A DNA stretch of 64,000 nt, taken from Ruminococcus sp. (GTDB lineage: Bacteria > Bacillota > Clostridia > Oscillospirales > Ruminococcaceae). The stretch lies in NCBI GenBank assembly GCA_020860605.1, contig JAJBTZ010000011.1:2230-66229 (forward strand), given 5' to 3'. Below the pieces are notes generated by a model. That model had not been told where the DNA came from. It worked only from the letters and a program-made list of their open reading frames with translations, and made no database searches. Numbering within the stretch: the first letter of the stretch is position 1; each line of letters opens with the position of its first letter. This document shows positions 62,196 through 64,000 of the stretch, piece by piece. A program made the translations under genes and the position numbers.

Positions 62196-62423
62196 TCACT
62201 TTTCGTAGGTCTCTTCTACAGTGCCATCAGCATAGTAAGAATTGACTCTGCTCCAACCGTTGCCTTGCATGACCACAACGGCAATCCTATCTGAGAAAAC
62301 TGAAATTGTTATCTGCTCGCCATTCTCGTTCTCGCCACAAAACGGTTCTGGTGAATTACCATAGGTCTTCATGAGGTTCTGCATTCCTTTCAAGTCTTTT
62401 GGATTAAATGTTATCTTGTTCAT
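62196..62423 (-). CDS. hypothetical protein (75 aa)
   Basis: Isolated ORF between two strong minus-strand terminators. No recognisable motif. Confidence 0.4.
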   Translation of the reverse strand: MNKITFNPKDLKGMQNLMKTYGNSPEPFCGENENGEQITISVFSDRIAVVVMQGNGWSRVNSYYADGTVEETYEK

Positions 62424-62486
62424 TATCTGCTGTTCCTTTCATCTCAGGTTACGCCTGTTCAGCATAACCATATTACCGTCTTATAG

Positions 62487-62560
62487 GCATAAAAAAAGCC
62501 CAGTAGGCTCTCTTTCAAACTGTGAGATTATCACAGTTAAAAGCACCTACTGGGCTGTTG
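62487..62560 (-). terminator. ~75-nt nested-hairpin terminator element, copy E1 (after the surface protein gene)
   Basis: 11-bp outer stem AGCCCAGTAGG (62497-62507) / CCTACTGGGCT (62546-62556), an inner hairpin ACTGTGA-gatta-TCACAGT, and T-runs on both strands. Confidence 0.75.
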
Positions 62561-62571
62561 TTTTTAACTCT

Positions 62572-64000
62572 CTATCTTCTCTTTACCGAAGTTGCCGCAA
62601 GTGCGGCTATCACCATCGGAAGAATCGAGAATGCAATTCCGGTTGTCGGGTTGGTTTCTGGCTCGGAAGCTTCGGAGGGTTCCTCCTCATCATCTTCCGT
62701 ATCAGTATTGGTGTCCTCAATCGGATCAATTATCTCAACAGTTTCCTCAATGATATTGGCTGTGGTCTCGACCAGGTTATCAATCGCCGTGTTGATTGCG
62801 TCGGCGTAGGCGTTGACGGTCAGCTGGTTGATTGCTTTCAGATTCCAATTAACTGCGTTGATTGCCTCGGTTACAGCTGAGAAGTTCTCGTAGTCGCTCG
62901 GGTTGAGGGCGTTCGCTCTGTCTATAGCCTCGGTGACTGCTGAGTAGTTCGCAGAAATCTTCAGAAGAATGTCTATCATCGAAGAGCTTCCGCCGGACGA
63001 CGCGCTCGCTACCGACAGTACAACAAACGGCGAGTAGTCGGAAGCCTCGAACTCAACGGCGAGGGTTTCGCCGAATGTGACGGTACTGACTACTACTTCC
63101 CATGTGGGATATGAGCCAGTATAATGGAGCACATAGATGTCGCTTGACGAAAGGTCAGACGCAGAGGCGAAGTCCATCTTGACGGTGGAAGTGCCTGTTC
63201 CGCTGTAGTCAATGTCTCCATAGAAGAGGATTGTGACCTTCTTGAGAACCTTCTTGTTATTCTCTGTAGTTGTAATCGTGAAGCTATTAGTATCGCTGAT
63301 AAGGTCATCGCCCTGTGCCTCACTATAAAGGGTGAAGCTGAGAGTGTCCGCAATATGCTCAACGAGGTAAGGATAAGCGCTGTCCTCAATAATCTTCGAT
63401 ACAACAAGCGTGCCACCGTTGTCGTTAGAAATCGAGATTGTGACAGAAGTCACCAAGCCGGAAGGAAGGACGTTTGCGAATATGATATCGCCGGATGAAA
63501 TCTTCACAGCAGAAGTGATGCCATATTCCCCTGTCTTCGTACCGCAAACGCTACATTCACCTTCACTATTAAAACTATGTCCGATAGCTGGGATTACAGT
63601 GCCGACGGTTATCGTCTCACCACAAACGGTGCAGACCTCGTCGCCGGTGTAGCCGTCCTCGGTGCAAGCGGCATCCTTGGCATTTCGGATTTCGGTTGTA
63701 TGTCCGGTTGCAGAAACTGTGATAGTCTCTCTTGAGAGTTCTTCATTGCATACTGTGCAACGAACTACCTTATCGTAGGAACCTCCAGTGGTGCAGGTCG
63801 CCTTGAATTCATTTTCAACTACCGCCTCGCCCTCGGTATGAGGAACTATTGGAAGCTCTACTGTCTTTGTATAGCTATAAGAAGTACCATTCATATCGAC
63901 AACTGCCGTGTAAACGATGCTTCCAGTTGCGATGCAGGTGGCGTTGGTTGTCTCAGAGGTAACCAGTGCTGTTTCGGTGTCGGTTCCGCCGCATACCGTG
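62572..64000 (-). CDS. cell-surface protein with Cys-rich repeats and a C-terminal sorting-signal-like anchor (N-terminus outside the window)
   Basis: The frame stays open upstream of the tracked Met to base 64000. It has repeats of the form ATC..G.....C..C......I.A.GH. The C-terminus has an acidic linker, NPTTG, a hydrophobic helix and KRR. Confidence 0.65.
   Translation of the reverse strand, partial: TVCGGTDTETALVTSETTNATCIATGSIVYTAVVDMNGTSYSYTKTVELPIVPHTEGEAVVENEFKATCTTGGSYDKVVRCTVCNEELSRETITVSATGHTTEIRNAKDAACTEDGYTGDEVCTVCGETITVGTVIPAIGHSFNSEGECSVCGTKTGEYGITSAVKISSGDIIFANVLPSGLVTSVTISISNDNGGTLVVSKIIEDSAYPYLVEHIADTLSFTLYSEAQGDDLISDTNSFTITTTENNKKVLKKVTILFYGDIDYSGTGTSTVKMDFASASDLSSSDIYVLHYTGSYPTWEVVVSTVTFGETLAVEFEASDYSPFVVLSVASASSGGSSSMIDILLKISANYSAVTEAIDRANALNPSDYENFSAVTEAINAVNWNLKAINQLTVNAYADAINTAIDNLVETTANIIEETVEIIDPIEDTNTDTEDDEEEPSEASEPETNPTTGIAFSILPMVIAALAATSVKRR

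Overview
The window looks like a chromosomal segment of a spore-forming Firmicute, probably Clostridia. The evidence is an alpha/beta-type SASP gene, recA-recX-rimO-pgsA synteny and a DapL-type lysine pathway. All product calls come from motifs I recognise in the supplied translations. No searches were run.

**Layout**
- **0-28 kb:** mostly housekeeping.
  - dapA(partial)-lysA-dapF-dapL
  - a second dapA-dapB plus asd
  - queA, a GH5 cellulase, and pgsA-rimO-recX-recA
  - prmC with a DUF1385 gene
  - an OmpR/HK two-component pair with a lipoprotein
  - a small accessory patch at 6.1-8.4 kb: DUF4143 ATPase and an MNT-HEPN pair
- **28-35.5 kb:** an Rpn-family nuclease, a DUF3791-DUF3990(frameshifted)-DUF3791 module, an unassigned glycosidase-like gene, and an SOS-type cassette (small ORF, Y-family polymerase, YolD-like). 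It ends with a 3'-truncated orphan rfbB.
- **35.5-41.7 kb:** a Sel1-repeat protein, an SDR plus flavodoxin/ferredoxin pair, an HPr-like protein lacking the catalytic His, and an NTP_transf_5 protein.
- **41.7-62 kb:** one long minus-strand cell-wall/capsular glycan operon (tagA-like, rfbA-B-D-C, GT4/GT2 transferases, Wzx, Wzy, pyruvyl transferase with an FrhB-like partner, WbsX, several acyl/acetyltransferases, and an unassigned kinase/NTase-like trio). Its centre is visibly AT-rich.
- **62.6-64 kb:** the end of a Cys-rich-repeat surface protein.

**Main hunt results**
1. Four G6-G7 homopolymer tracts lie only in glycan-modification genes. One coincides exactly with a frameshift in an acyltransferase-3 gene, and one forms the hinge of a GT2-acetyltransferase fusion. 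A T7 run breaks wzy. This is either a contingency-locus (phase-variation) architecture or homopolymer sequencing error.
2. A GTAG-headed REP-like palindrome occurs six times, including one inverted doublet.
3. Two intergenic arrays consist of perfect hairpins with GAA/TTC triloops.
4. An uncharacterised NTase-like, dTMP-kinase-like and APH-like kinase module sits inside the glycan operon.

I saw no rRNA, tRNA or CRISPR array.
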